A stretch of DNA of 32,000 bases from Enterobacterales bacterium. Its GTDB lineage: Bacteria > Pseudomonadota > Gammaproteobacteria > Enterobacterales > Aeromonadaceae. The DNA lies in the NCBI GenBank assembly GCA_038247115.1, contig JBBRVG010000029.1, positions 9,757-41,756 on the forward strand, given 5' to 3'. Below the pieces are notes generated by a model, which ran no database searches, had not been told where the DNA came from, and saw nothing but the letters and a program-made list of their open reading frames with translations. Of this stretch, positions 18,049-28,265 are shown piece after piece (position 1 is the first letter of the stretch; every line of letters begins with the position of its first letter). The position numbers were made by a program, and so were the translations under genes.

Positions 18049-18720
18049 ATGCGCCTGACCCATCTACTGGCCATGATTTGTGCGTTGTCGAGTTCGCTGT
18101 GCTCTATGGCCTATGCGGCGACGATCGAGATCCCGCGCCCCTATGTCGTCTACTTACTGGATGGCAAGACTGCAACAAGTGGGGCATTGAATGGAGAGCG
18201 GAAGGTCAATTTGTCTGCCGGAGCTCATCAGTTGGTGATCCGTTTTGACGGCAGCTTCAAGGATCAGAGTGAAAATCGTCTGCTCAGCGGTGAACCCGTG
18301 GTGGTCAACCTGGATCTCAAGGGTGATGAAGCGCTGGCCATCCGATTTACTTATCCACGGAATTACCGCGCCGCGGAGCAATTCATTGCCCAGCAAAAGC
18401 TGACCTTCATCGACACCAAATCTGGCGCCACCGTTAACGTGGACCATTTTGTCATGCCCAAAAAAGAGGGGCTACAGATTGGCCGCGACTATCAAGCCGA
18501 GTTGCTAGCCATGGGTAAGGGCTTTCAGCAAGTACCTGCCGAGCTGACAGTCGCGACAACGGCAGCCATGGCCGCAGCAGCTGCGCCGGATGCCAAGGGT
18601 AACGCTCAGGGTACCGTGGACAAGAATGTCCAGACGCTGGAAATGTTGAAGTACTGGTACACCCAGGCCGATGCCGAAACCCGCAAGAACTTCCAACACT
18701 GGATTATTTCCCAGCAATAA
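18049..18720 (+). CDS. yccT: UPF0319/DUF2057 family secreted protein (YccT-like)
   Basis: 223 aa with signal peptide MRLTHLLAMICALSSSLCSMAYA|A. The family-typical layout is present, including the C-terminal LKYWYTQADAETRKNFQHWI motif. Strong RBS AAGGAG upstream. The family call is from memory. Confidence 0.65.
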   Translation: MRLTHLLAMICALSSSLCSMAYAATIEIPRPYVVYLLDGKTATSGALNGERKVNLSAGAHQLVIRFDGSFKDQSENRLLSGEPVVVNLDLKGDEALAIRFTYPRNYRAAEQFIAQQKLTFIDTKSGATVNVDHFVMPKKEGLQIGRDYQAELLAMGKGFQQVPAELTVATTAAMAAAAAPDAKGNAQGTVDKNVQTLEMLKYWYTQADAETRKNFQHWIISQQ

Positions 18721-18730
18721 TCATGTTCGA

Positions 18731-18763
18731 CTCCTCCGGCCAACCGGCTGAGCGCCGGAGGAG
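18731..18763 (+). other. Intercistronic GC-rich hairpin between yccT-like gene and transporter
   Basis: CTCCTCCGGC-13 nt-GCCGGAGGAG, a perfect 10-bp stem. It sits 10 nt after the yccT stop and 17 nt before the transporter ATG. No U-tract follows. Confidence 0.6.
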
Positions 18764-18780
18764 ATCACAGGACAACACCA

Positions 18781-20100
18781 ATGACTCTCCTTGCTCAACG
18801 TGCAAAACGCCTGGTTTTGCTCCCTTTGTTGCCGCTTTTACTACTCACCTTCCCCGTCGCTGCCAGCGAGCTGTCAGCTCAATTATTAGTACCGGCCGGG
18901 ATCCGTATCGAATTTGTGCTGTTTGCTCTGACCCTGCTGGGCGTCGCCGTATTACATCGAATCACCATGTGGGTCGCCTTGGCAGGGCTCGCATCTATCT
19001 TGCTGGCCAAATACAGCTTGCTGGATGACTTTTCTTTTCCCCACCACCTGCTCGGTGGTCATGGCCATGAGGGCGAGTGGCGCATTCTGCTGAATCTGAT
19101 TGGCTTGTTGTTTGGCTTCGGCATTCTGGCCAAACACTTCGACGAATCTCATCTCCCAAAAATCCTGCCACGTTTTTTACCCGATGACTGGAAGGGTGGT
19201 TTTGCCCTGCTGGTGATGATTTTTGTCCTCAGTGCCTTCCTCGATAACATAGCTGCTGCCATGATCGGCGGAGCTATCGCCTTCGTGGTGTTCAATAAAC
19301 GGGTGCATATCGGTTATTTGGCGGCCATAGTCGCAGCCAGTAATGCGGGCGGCTCTGGCTCTGTGGTCGGTGACACTACCACCACCCTGATGTGGATCGA
19401 TGGTGTCAGCCCCTTGCAGGTCATCAACGCCTATATAGCCGCCGTCGTGGCTCTCCTTATTTTTGGTGTCATCGCCGCTCGTCAGCAGGATAAATACCAG
19501 CCCATCATCAAGGATGCCGCTACTGGGGTGATTGTCGCTTGGTCCCGCCTAGTCGTAGTCGGCGCCATCCTGATACTGGCCATCGCCACCAACTATCTGC
19601 TCGACTTCCCGGCACTAGGCGTCTGGATTGCCATCCTGCTGGGCGCTCTGTTTGTTAAAACCCCCTGGTCTGAGCTCAGGAAAGCCTTCTCCGGTACCAT
19701 CTTCCTAGTCGCCTTGGTGACTTGCGCTTCCTTGATGCCGGTCGATGAACTCCCCCCAGCCTCCTGGGTCACCACCTTCGCGCTCGGCTTTATCTCGGCG
19801 GTGTTCGATAACATACCGCTGACCAAGCTCTGTCTGGTGCAAGGTGGTTACGACTGGGGCATGCTGGCCTATGCCGTCGGCTTTGGTGGCTCCATGCTGT
19901 GGTTTGGCTCCTCGGCCGGGGTGGCGCTCTCCAACATGTATCCGGAATCCCGCTCGGCTGTGCGCTGGGTACGACATGGCTGGCATGTGGTACTGGCCTA
20001 TGTCGTCGGCTTTTTTGTCATGCTGGCACTGTTGGGCTGGCAACCGAGCCCGCCACACAAGGTCACAGAACCGGCACCAGTTGCCATGCAGGTCCCCTGA
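18781..20100 (+). CDS. Ion-transporter-superfamily membrane protein, NhaD/ArsB-like (putative Na+/H+ antiporter)
   Basis: 439 aa, polytopic. The paired motifs SAFLDNIAAAMIGG and SAVFDNIPLTKL, plus SNAGGSGSVVGDTTTTLMWI, resemble NhaD-type antiporters as I remember them. The N-terminus is signal-like. Confidence 0.6.
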   Translation: MTLLAQRAKRLVLLPLLPLLLLTFPVAASELSAQLLVPAGIRIEFVLFALTLLGVAVLHRITMWVALAGLASILLAKYSLLDDFSFPHHLLGGHGHEGEWRILLNLIGLLFGFGILAKHFDESHLPKILPRFLPDDWKGGFALLVMIFVLSAFLDNIAAAMIGGAIAFVVFNKRVHIGYLAAIVAASNAGGSGSVVGDTTTTLMWIDGVSPLQVINAYIAAVVALLIFGVIAARQQDKYQPIIKDAATGVIVAWSRLVVVGAILILAIATNYLLDFPALGVWIAILLGALFVKTPWSELRKAFSGTIFLVALVTCASLMPVDELPPASWVTTFALGFISAVFDNIPLTKLCLVQGGYDWGMLAYAVGFGGSMLWFGSSAGVALSNMYPESRSAVRWVRHGWHVVLAYVVGFFVMLALLGWQPSPPHKVTEPAPVAMQVP

Positions 20101-20130
20101 TAGTCGCACGACAAAACGATATCAGCAAAC

Positions 20131-20158
20131 AAAAAAGGAGCCATAATGGCTCCTTTTT
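20131..20158. terminator. Bidirectional intrinsic terminator between convergent transporter and cytochrome b gene
   Basis: AAAAAA-GGAGCC-ataat-GGCTCC-TTTTT. The symmetric A and T tracts allow it to serve both strands. Confidence 0.85.
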
Positions 20159-20185
20159 ATATCTTGGCTTGAGGAATTACACGGC

Positions 20186-20716
20186 TTATTCTGGCTTGGC
20201 CTTCTTGCTATGAAACTCAGGCTTCATAGTTTTCAGGTAGTTAAAGCGCGTCCACCAGGACATCACCACCAGTGCCAGCAGGTGCAACACCACCAAGACA
20301 GTAATGATATTCGCCAGGGTCTCATGAAGCTCGCTCATGATCTCGATATCGGTGTTGTCGATGGCCCAACCGGTCCCAGCCATGCCCAGCATCCCCAACC
20401 AGAAGCACCAGATGATGACGCCAGCCAGAGCGTTATGGCCTAATTCAGTGTGAGGCTTACGATCGCGCAAGTCCTGCAGGTGAGCCAGGATCGCCTGCGG
20501 CCATGGGAAAAACTGGTTCAAACGGGCCGGACCACTGGCAGGCAATAAACCCCAAAGCAGACGGATCACCACCAGAGCGGCAATGCTCCAGCCAATCCAG
20601 ACATGTACCGTCTCGCCCGGCTCATCAATAAAACGATTGGTGACAAAACCGATGGCAACCAGCCAGTGGGTGGAACGAACCACCAGATCCCAACGTCCTA
20701 CGTCATGTTTATCCAT
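20186..20716 (-). CDS. Cytochrome b561 / Ni-Fe-hydrogenase-type b cytochrome family membrane protein
   Basis: 176 aa with four predicted TM helices. Conserved His residues are appropriately placed for two haems (STHWLVA, VHVWIGW, GHNALAG, LHETLANIITVLVVLHLL). Confidence 0.65.
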   Translation of the reverse strand: MDKHDVGRWDLVVRSTHWLVAIGFVTNRFIDEPGETVHVWIGWSIAALVVIRLLWGLLPASGPARLNQFFPWPQAILAHLQDLRDRKPHTELGHNALAGVIIWCFWLGMLGMAGTGWAIDNTDIEIMSELHETLANIITVLVVLHLLALVVMSWWTRFNYLKTMKPEFHSKKAKPE

Positions 20717-20877
20717 CTCTTTGCGTGCTCCATAAGCTGCAATTATGCGATCTGAACCGTTCGAGCTTTGGCGTCATTCACCCTTCCAACACCCGAACCC
20801 GAGTTCTGTTGTCATCCAAACTAACACCCCAGGCTTATCCCAACCTTAAGCGTTGGTTCGTCACCTCAGGAATTGCA

Positions 20878-23800
20878 TCAAGCAGACATGCGATCTTCGC
20901 CGTAACCAAAGCCACGCAAGCCCACCACATGCACATGCTCATGCTTGCCGTGTACCTTGCGGATCAGCTTGTAGGTGGTGCCTTTCTCTGGACTGATGTT
21001 TTCCGGCGCCGCAATCAACAGCTGCATATCCTGCCGCTCACACAGCTCGAACAGGGTGGCAATCGATTTGGCATCCAGACGCGCCGCTTCATCCAGGAAC
21101 AACAAGCGGCACGGCAGAATATCTTTGGCCCGCAAGCGCTTGGCATCCTCTTCCCAGCTCTGCAGCACCATCAGCAGGATCGCCTGACCGGTACCAATCG
21201 CCTCACCGGTCGACAGGGCGCCACTCTCGGCTCGCAGCCAGCCATCGACACCGCGCTGCACTTCAATTTCCAGCTCCAGATAATTGCGATAATCCAGCAA
21301 GGCTTCACCCAATACCTGATGGCTACGTTCCCCCTGATCGATATGGGGGTTCAGGCGCTGGAACAATTTGGCCATGGCCTCGGAGAAAGTCAGCGCCTCA
21401 TCGGCAAACAAGTCCTGATGCAAGGTGGCCTGATCGCCGAGCGCATTGAGCAAGCGGGCATAGGCATCGCGGACGTTCACATTCAAGCGCACGCCATGGA
21501 CCTGACCGAAGGCGATATTCTGCAGCCCCTGGTTCAGCACCCGGATGCGATTCTGCTCGCGGCGGATGATATTGGTGATCTTGGCGGCCACCTCGGTTGA
21601 GCTCAAGGAGAGATGAGATTCGCGCTGCTTGAGCTCATCAGCCAGCCGCGACAGCTCGATCTCCATCTCCTCGATGGCTTCGACCGGATCATCCGAGCGG
21701 ATAATGTCGTGGCGGATGCGCTCCTTCAGATAGCGATAAACCACCACATAGAAGCCGACCTTCTGCTCGGTATTGCGATTGCCTTCCGACAGACGCAAGG
21801 CATCCCGCAGCTCCTCGTCGTGATGCACCGCCAGACGCAAGGCACCCAGCGCCTTGTCCGACATGGAGCGCAGCTCGTCGGCATCCAGATAAGCCAGTTC
21901 GCGGCGATTCAGCCGTTTTTCCACATCGTTGTCGCGGGCCAGACGCAACACCCGGTTCCAGCTCTGCTTGTGATGGACCAGCAGCTTGCGCGCCAGTTTG
22001 TAATCCTTGCCTTCATGGGCCAATCGGCCCTGCAGACTGTCGATATCGCGACGACAGACCTGGAACTGGGCTTCGGCCTGGGTACGACGAGAACGAGTGC
22101 GCACCAGCTGCTCTTCCACTTCCCGCTTATGGTGACGGGCCTTCTCTTCCATATCCACGCTGACCACCAGCCCCATGGCACCGAGCTCCTGCTCGAATTC
22201 GCCGAGGGTCTGACGCTTGGCATCCAGCCCCGATTGCAGTGCCGTCCTGACCTGCATGGCGTCGGTGAAGCGGCTGACAATCTGGGCCACCGATTCGGCC
22301 AATTGCCGCCGTGCCAGCTCGGCATCGGTCAGCTTGGCCTTGAGGCGCTCGCTGATCTCGGAGGTTTGCCCCAGCATGGCTTCGGCATCCTGATAGACAA
22401 AATGGCTGCTGCGCGCCAGCAACTCGTCCAGTGCAAAGCTTTGCCGCCGTACCTGAGTCAGTTGCTGTTCGGCGTCGGTCGCTGCGAGTTGCAAGGTATC
22501 CAGACTCTGGGGATCCTCCCGCAGCAGATGCACTTGTCCTTCCAGAGCACTCAACGCCTGCCCCTTCTGCCGCAGGAATTGCTCGGCCTGTTGCAAGGCT
22601 TCAAGCTCGGCCCGGGCGGCGCTCAAGCGCTCGGCGCCCGCATCGGTCTGGGCCAGATGCCACAGCGGACGCAGCCGTTGCAGCAGACTCAGAGCGGCGC
22701 GCGTGGTCTCTTGCGCGGCACGATACTGGGCATCCTGCTGCTGACGCTCCTGTTGCCGGGACTGCAACTCGCGAGCCTGAGCTTGCAGCAGCTCCAGCTC
22801 AGCTTCTGGATCCGCCTCGAAGGCCACATTCAGATGCTCGGCAATAAACTGGCTGAAGTGATGATAGGTGCGGCTGTGCTTTTGCTGCTCGAAGGCCGCC
22901 GTGGCATAGGCATCGATCAGGGCTTCACGCTCAGCCTCCAGTGCGGCAATCCGTTGCTCACGGGCGGCACGGCCAAACAGCGGCACAGTCGGGAAGCGAG
23001 AATAGCGCAGTTGACGATCACTGCCGCGCACCACCAGCGCCTGCTCCAGCTCGCGGGCATCCAGCAGATCCTCATCAAAGGATTCCGGATTGCCTTGAAT
23101 GAGATAGACATCATCCGGCAGATCCTCCAGCGCCTTGAGTCGCTCCAGAGCCGCATCCAGATCCGCCACCACAATCGCCGCCCGCGCCGGGCCATAAAGC
23201 GCAGAGTAGTAAGGAGCATCTTCGATGTTGATGTCGTCATAGACATCGCACAACAAGACACCATCCAGCTGCTCACTGACCCGAGACAGCCGTTCATCCA
23301 CTTCACCGCCGACGTTTTGCAAGCGCCGGATCTGGGCCTCAAGATCCAGCTTGCGTTGCTGCAACTGGTTCTTCTCGGTCTCGGCCTGACGTTCGGCGGC
23401 CAGCGCCTTGTGCATGGATTGGGAAACCGCCTGCGGATTTTCCAGTGCTTCGCCACTGAGCTCGCGCAGCTTGTCGAGTTTTTCCTGTGCCACCAGCCAG
23501 GCCGGCGCTATCTTCTTCAATTGATCGATACGGGTGCGGGACTGCAACAGTTGCTGTTCAACCTGAGCCCCTTGCTGACGACCGGCGTCCAGCTGCTCGG
23601 CTAACTGCTCCAGGCGTGCCTGCTGTTGCTCGGCAGCCAGCTCGAGAGCCTCTTCATCCGGCAAGCTGATCTGGTGCTGACGTTGCAACTCTTCTTGCCA
23701 GCGCGCCAGCTGTTGCCGCTGTTCGGCATCCCGTTGCAAGTCGCTCAGTGCATGCTGGATTTGCGCACTGCGGTTGACCAGATCCCGGCTCTGCTGGCCC

Positions 23801-25305
23801 TGCCGCAGCACCTGCTGGGCACTCTCCCAGGCTTGTTCACGGGGCACAGGACCTGCAACCTGGGTCAGCAACGCCAGTGCGGCGTCATACTGACTGGCAG
23901 CGGCCTTGGCCAGACTCAGGCGTTGCTGTACCGCCAGCAAGGCCTCGGTGAGTTGGCGCTCCTGCTCCTTGAACAGGCTCTGCTCCCGGGCCACGCCGGT
24001 CACATCCAGACTCGGGCGGTCGCACAGCTCACGAGCACTCTCCAGAGCCTTGATGGCCTGGCGATACTGGATGGCGCGAGTCTGCTGGATATCCAGCGCC
24101 TGCTGGTAGTCCGCCAACTGGGTCTTGAGACTATCCACCTCGCCTTCGGTCTGCTGTTTCTTCTGCTCCAGCTCGAATTTACGCTCGCTAATCTCCTCGA
24201 CAATCGCCAACTGCTCTTCCAGCCGCAGGCCGATATCGGTGACATCCTCACGGTATTGCTCAATCTTCTTGCCCAGCGCCACACCGTTGATCACCCGGGC
24301 TAACAGCTCGGAGGCAGCCTCCAGCTCATCGGTGAGATGCTTCTCCCGCGCCTGCATCTGCTCGGCTTCTTCCGCCAGATAGATGGCGCGCTGCTTTTCT
24401 TCCCGCAGCAAGCGGTGCTTGTCCTGAAGTTGCTGACGACCGGCCAGCGCCGACTCGGAGAGCCGCGCCTTCTCGGTGCTGTTGCGCATGTAGTCAGCCG
24501 CGACATAGTGGGTCGTTTCGGTGATCAGGTTGCGGAACAGATCCCGCTGGGACTGGGTCTCCTTGATGGCATCCAGGGTGCGGCGGTTTTCATAGATGGC
24601 CGCCTCCATGTCCTGGAACGCCTTGCGTACCCCGGAGTTCTCCGGCAACAGGTACTCCCGCAGCGAGCGGGAAATCGACGAGGAGATGCCACCGTACAGG
24701 GAAGCTTCGATCAGCCGATAGAAGCGGGATCTATCCTTTTGATCGCGCATCTTCTTCGGCAGGATACCGAACTCGAACATGAAGTTGTGATAATCGGTCA
24801 CCGAATTGAACTTGGCAACTTTCAGCGCACCCAGCTCGGCGGCGGCTTTGCGTAGATCGCTGAACGGCCGCACCTTGGCCTTGTCCTCATCCAGCTTCTC
24901 CAGCAGCAGCTCGGTGGGCTGGATACCCGCCGGCACGTCCACCAGGGCAAAGGGGGTAATGTTGACCTTGTGATCCCGGTTGGCCACCTGCTCCAGATGG
25001 ACACCGACCCACAGTCGCTGATCCCGGGAATTGAGCACCTCAATCAGGGAGTAGCAATGACCCCGTTGCAGCTTACCGTAGAGCCCCTTATCCCGACTGG
25101 CACTGGAGCTGCCCGCTTCGGTGGTATTGCGGAAGTGCAACAGGGTCTGATCCGGGATCAGTGCCGTGATGAGCGAGGCCATGGCGGTGGATTTCCCGGC
25201 ACCATTGCCACCGGAAAGCGTGGTTACTAGCTGGTCAAGCTCGAAAGTCCGGGCAAAAAAGCCGTTCCAGTTGACCATAGTCATCGAAATAAACTTGCCG
25301 CGCAT
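20878..25305 (-). CDS. mukB: Chromosome partition protein MukB (SMC-like condensin)
   Basis: 1475 aa. The N-terminus RGKFISMTMVNWNGFFARTFELDQLVTTLSGGNGAGKST (Walker A) is present. Very long Q/E/L/A-rich coiled coils follow, then the C-terminal head with LLFLDEAARLD (Walker B). Confidence 0.96.
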   Translation of the reverse strand: MRGKFISMTMVNWNGFFARTFELDQLVTTLSGGNGAGKSTAMASLITALIPDQTLLHFRNTTEAGSSSASRDKGLYGKLQRGHCYSLIEVLNSRDQRLWVGVHLEQVANRDHKVNITPFALVDVPAGIQPTELLLEKLDEDKAKVRPFSDLRKAAAELGALKVAKFNSVTDYHNFMFEFGILPKKMRDQKDRSRFYRLIEASLYGGISSSISRSLREYLLPENSGVRKAFQDMEAAIYENRRTLDAIKETQSQRDLFRNLITETTHYVAADYMRNSTEKARLSESALAGRQQLQDKHRLLREEKQRAIYLAEEAEQMQAREKHLTDELEAASELLARVINGVALGKKIEQYREDVTDIGLRLEEQLAIVEEISERKFELEQKKQQTEGEVDSLKTQLADYQQALDIQQTRAIQYRQAIKALESARELCDRPSLDVTGVAREQSLFKEQERQLTEALLAVQQRLSLAKAAASQYDAALALLTQVAGPVPREQAWESAQQVLRQGQQSRDLVNRSAQIQHALSDLQRDAEQRQQLARWQEELQRQHQISLPDEEALELAAEQQQARLEQLAEQLDAGRQQGAQVEQQLLQSRTRIDQLKKIAPAWLVAQEKLDKLRELSGEALENPQAVSQSMHKALAAERQAETEKNQLQQRKLDLEAQIRRLQNVGGEVDERLSRVSEQLDGVLLCDVYDDINIEDAPYYSALYGPARAAIVVADLDAALERLKALEDLPDDVYLIQGNPESFDEDLLDARELEQALVVRGSDRQLRYSRFPTVPLFGRAAREQRIAALEAEREALIDAYATAAFEQQKHSRTYHHFSQFIAEHLNVAFEADPEAELELLQAQARELQSRQQERQQQDAQYRAAQETTRAALSLLQRLRPLWHLAQTDAGAERLSAARAELEALQQAEQFLRQKGQALSALEGQVHLLREDPQSLDTLQLAATDAEQQLTQVRRQSFALDELLARSSHFVYQDAEAMLGQTSEISERLKAKLTDAELARRQLAESVAQIVSRFTDAMQVRTALQSGLDAKRQTLGEFEQELGAMGLVVSVDMEEKARHHKREVEEQLVRTRSRRTQAEAQFQVCRRDIDSLQGRLAHEGKDYKLARKLLVHHKQSWNRVLRLARDNDVEKRLNRRELAYLDADELRSMSDKALGALRLAVHHDEELRDALRLSEGNRNTEQKVGFYVVVYRYLKERIRHDIIRSDDPVEAIEEMEIELSRLADELKQRESHLSLSSTEVAAKITNIIRREQNRIRVLNQGLQNIAFGQVHGVRLNVNVRDAYARLLNALGDQATLHQDLFADEALTFSEAMAKLFQRLNPHIDQGERSHQVLGEALLDYRNYLELEIEVQRGVDGWLRAESGALSTGEAIGTGQAILLMVLQSWEEDAKRLRAKDILPCRLLFLDEAARLDAKSIATLFELCERQDMQLLIAAPENISPEKGTTYKLIRKVHGKHEHVHVVGLRGFGYGEDRMSA

Positions 25306-25307
25306 CG

Positions 25308-26027
25308 TTATACGTCCAGTCCCAGTTGTTCTTCTTCCAGCTCATCTTCACTCTCGTCCAGCAAGTGTTCGCTGGTCGGTAGCTCGTCATCATGCAAGAT
25401 GGCTTCCCCTTCCCGGATCATCCGCAACTGCACCAGGCGCGGATCCTCGTCGCTGCGCACATCGGCACCGAAGCGGAATACCGACTCGTTGACGCGGAAT
25501 TTATCGCCCGTCCCCACCTGCACCACCATGCCGAGGCGCTTGAGACGTCGCAGGGAGGTGCGCATCTTCTCCAGCAGTTTGCGCTTGTCCAGATCCGAGC
25601 CACCGCTGCGTTGGTTGACCATACGCAGCAATTGCCGCTCATCAGCCAGGGTCAGCAACTCTTCTTGCAGATCGGTGAGGGAAAAGAGCCCTTCATTGGC
25701 TAGCCGCTCGGGGCTGAGATAGAGATAACAGAGTACCTTGCCCACCAGCATGTCCAACTCCGAGAGCACAGAGGTGCCAATTTCCGAGCTGGCACGAGGC
25801 CGCAGATAGAAGAAGCCTTCCGGCGCCTTGATCAGCTCCACCTGATAGCGGGCGTAGAAGCGCTCCAGCTCATCGTGGTATTCGAGCAAAAACGAGTGGT
25901 TATCCAGATCATCGGCGCTGATATGGCGTCCGCTGCGCAACCAGGTATCCAGTTTCGGGAACAAAGGGTTGGCAATCGCCTGCGCCATGCGCAGTGCGAG
26001 AGGAAAATCAGTATTGATCAATGACAT
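25308..26027 (-). CDS. mukE: Chromosome partition protein MukE
   Basis: Start set at ATG 26027 ([35 protein letters not shown]), which overlaps the mukF 3' end by 20 nt. The sequence is collinear with E. coli MukE, and the acidic C-terminal tail is present. Stop lies 2 nt before the mukB ATG. An alternative start at M14 (25988) is possible. Confidence 0.88.
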   Translation of the reverse strand: MSLINTDFPLALRMAQAIANPLFPKLDTWLRSGRHISADDLDNHSFLLEYHDELERFYARYQVELIKAPEGFFYLRPRASSEIGTSVLSELDMLVGKVLCYLYLSPERLANEGLFSLTDLQEELLTLADERQLLRMVNQRSGGSDLDKRKLLEKMRTSLRRLKRLGMVVQVGTGDKFRVNESVFRFGADVRSDEDPRLVQLRMIREGEAILHDDELPTSEHLLDESEDELEEEQLGLDV

Positions 26028-27363
26028 GGGCCTGTACCTTAGCTCCCGATTCGTTGATGGGTTTCCATTTCGGTTGTTTGGCGCTGGAGAGTTCCGCTTC
26101 TGAGTGTCCCAGGCGGATCGCCGAATCAATCAGCAAGCGTGCCACATCGAAGTGTTGATAGTCCGGATAATGGGCCAGGTAGTCGCGCAGCACCTCGGCC
26201 ATATCCAGCGGTTTACCCTGCTCGCGGAAAGCATCCAGATGCAACTGGATACGCTCGGCCAGTTGATTGTTCACATCCAGAATTTCGTGATATTCCAACT
26301 CGCTCGGCAGCTCGCCGGTGATTTCGTCGCCATGCAGGGCCAGCGTTTCGTCACGCAGCTCCAGCAAGCGATGCTCCTGAGCCACCACCATCAACCAGTT
26401 GTGGTTCTGGAACTCGCGGATCGACTCCCGCAAGCGCTGGCTGAACGCCCGGTTCTTGTCCATGTCGATGGCGGTGCGGATAAACTTGTGCACATGGCGG
26501 TCGTAACGAGCCCACAATTCGATGCATTGCTGACCCCAATTGATGATGGCATCCAGACGTGCCTGCAGGGTGTGGGTCAACGCCTCGATATGGGCCAGCT
26601 CTTCCCGACCTTGCGTCGCCTCCTGAATGTTCAGCAAGCCATCCTGCAGATTGTGACCCGCGGCATCCAGGGTATCCTGCAGCTCGCGCAGGGTCTGGCC
26701 TGTCTCGCGCAGCAACTTCTCGCAGCTGTGGATCGCCTGGGTCCAATCCAGATTCAGCAGATCGGCAATCTCGGCCTTGACCTGATTCTGATGCTCATCC
26801 ATGGCGCGCTGGGTCAGATCGATGCGCGCCAGTATCTCCTCCACCGAATATTTCAGTCGCGGATAAACCTGCTCATCCCAGTGGGCCAGCGCATCGTTCT
26901 CGCTCGCCGCCTGATAGGCTTTGGCCAGTTCGCTGGCGACCTGCTCCAGCAGCAAGGAGAGCTTGACGCTACTGACCTCTTTTTGTTCAGCAAAAAATTC
27001 GACAATACCCATCGCCAGCCGTGTCAGACGATACAGGCTCTCGCCTTCGACCGGATCGGCATTGAAGCGCGACAGCAGCTTCTGTCGGACCAGTTCATTG
27101 ATGGCATTGTTGGCTCTATGGCTCAGGGTCTCGTCCATCTGACCGAAGATTTGGCTGACATAGCCAAAGGCATCATGCAGCGCGGCTTCGGTCAGCTCAT
27201 GGGTCGAGTCATCCCGGGAGAGCGTGGCGATGGCGATCAAAAAGGCCAAGCGATCATTGGCCAGATTCAGCGACAGCCCTTCTTGCTTCACCCAGCCCAC
27301 CAATTCCGGCAGGGTCAATTCGGGCAAGCTGCGCTCTGTGGCGCGGGAAACTTCTTGCGTCAT
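26008..27363 (-). CDS. mukF: Chromosome partition protein MukF (kleisin)
   Basis: 451 aa, collinear with E. coli MukF. Matching segments include [21 protein letters not shown] and the C-terminus [19 protein letters not shown]. Its ATG overlaps the cmoM stop (ATGA at 27360-27363). Confidence 0.95.
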   Translation of the reverse strand: MTQEVSRATERSLPELTLPELVGWVKQEGLSLNLANDRLAFLIAIATLSRDDSTHELTEAALHDAFGYVSQIFGQMDETLSHRANNAINELVRQKLLSRFNADPVEGESLYRLTRLAMGIVEFFAEQKEVSSVKLSLLLEQVASELAKAYQAASENDALAHWDEQVYPRLKYSVEEILARIDLTQRAMDEHQNQVKAEIADLLNLDWTQAIHSCEKLLRETGQTLRELQDTLDAAGHNLQDGLLNIQEATQGREELAHIEALTHTLQARLDAIINWGQQCIELWARYDRHVHKFIRTAIDMDKNRAFSQRLRESIREFQNHNWLMVVAQEHRLLELRDETLALHGDEITGELPSELEYHEILDVNNQLAERIQLHLDAFREQGKPLDMAEVLRDYLAHYPDYQHFDVARLLIDSAIRLGHSEAELSSAKQPKWKPINESGAKVQAHVIDQY

Positions 27364-28175
27364 GACATTCTCTTCTCAATCACTGTGCTCTCTCCATGGA
27401 CTAGTGGCCGTTGCGCCATGACATGGATATAGCGGCCCAGGGCGATAAAAGGCTCCTGGCGACAATAACGTTGTTCCATCTGCAGCAGATCATCGAACTT
27501 CTCCTGCTGATCCTGCTTGTGACGCATGTAGTCATGGATCACCCGCACCCCTGTCTTGCCGATCAGCTTCAAACCGTCCCGTTGCAGCCAGTCATAGACC
27601 TCATCGGGCAGTTGGGGATTGCTGGGGGTCAACTTTTGCTTGCGAGTCTTGGTCAGGCCGGCGCGGATATAATCGAAATTCCCCACCACCAGACTCTGGA
27701 ATAACAAGGCGTTGCGATTATAAAACAACACCGAGAGGATCCCGCCCGGCGCCAAATAGCGCAGCAAGGATATCAAGGTCTGCCGGGGTTCACTCAACCA
27801 TTCGAGCACGGCATGACACAAGATGAGATCAAACTCACCCTCAATGTGTTGATCCAGCTCCTGGATCGGGCAATGAATCAAACGGATACGATCACCCAAG
27901 CCCTTGGCTTCGATCTGCTGACGTCCCAGCTCCAGCATGTCCGCCGAGAGATCGCACAACTCGACCTGATGCCCCATCTGCGCCAGTTGCTGGGCGAAAT
28001 AACCAAAGCCACCGCCAGCATCCAATATTCGCAACGGGCGCTCCCCCAGCCGACTGAGGCATCCCTGCAGATCCTGCCACACCACGGCGGCGCGAATGCG
28101 ACCCTTGCTGGTGCCATAAATGTTCTGGGCAAACTTGTCGGCCATGCCGTCGAAGCTGTGATCTGCACTCACCAT
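27360..28175 (-). CDS. cmoM: tRNA uridine 5-oxyacetic acid methyltransferase CmoM (formerly SmtA)
   Basis: 271 aa with FDGMADKFAQNIYGTSKGRIR and the SAM-binding motif ILDAGGGFG. The C-terminus reads YCRQEPFIALGRYIHV. It is the first gene of the cmoM-mukFEB operon, as in E. coli. Confidence 0.88.
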   Translation of the reverse strand: MVSADHSFDGMADKFAQNIYGTSKGRIRAAVVWQDLQGCLSRLGERPLRILDAGGGFGYFAQQLAQMGHQVELCDLSADMLELGRQQIEAKGLGDRIRLIHCPIQELDQHIEGEFDLILCHAVLEWLSEPRQTLISLLRYLAPGGILSVLFYNRNALLFQSLVVGNFDYIRAGLTKTRKQKLTPSNPQLPDEVYDWLQRDGLKLIGKTGVRVIHDYMRHKQDQQEKFDDLLQMEQRYCRQEPFIALGRYIHVMAQRPLVHGESTVIEKRMS

Positions 28176-28265
28176 AGCGGTTCCGTTTCACTCAAGGGAG
28201 GGCTATTCTGGCACATCCCTATACCCCTGCAAACGGCGCGGCGGACGGCCGCTCAGAGATCATCC

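Noticed and set aside
21613-23604. 663-aa + strand ORF opposite mukB, with similar ORFs at 23626-24303, 20725-21600 and 24337-24855
   Set aside because: It is in the codon-aligned antisense frame of a confidently identified mukB. The product is monotonous and rich in L, Q, G and H, with no recognisable motifs. It is explained by avoidance of TTA/CTA/TCA in the sense gene.
26104-27432. 442-aa + strand ORF opposite mukF
   Set aside because: It has the same codon-aligned antisense geometry ((27363-26104) mod 3 = 2). There is no RBS or start context and no family resemblance.
27813-28265. 151-codon upstream extension of the elyC ORF
   Set aside because: It is the codon-aligned antisense of cmoM. 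The ElyC-like sequence, with its N-terminal TM helix, starts at ATG 28266.
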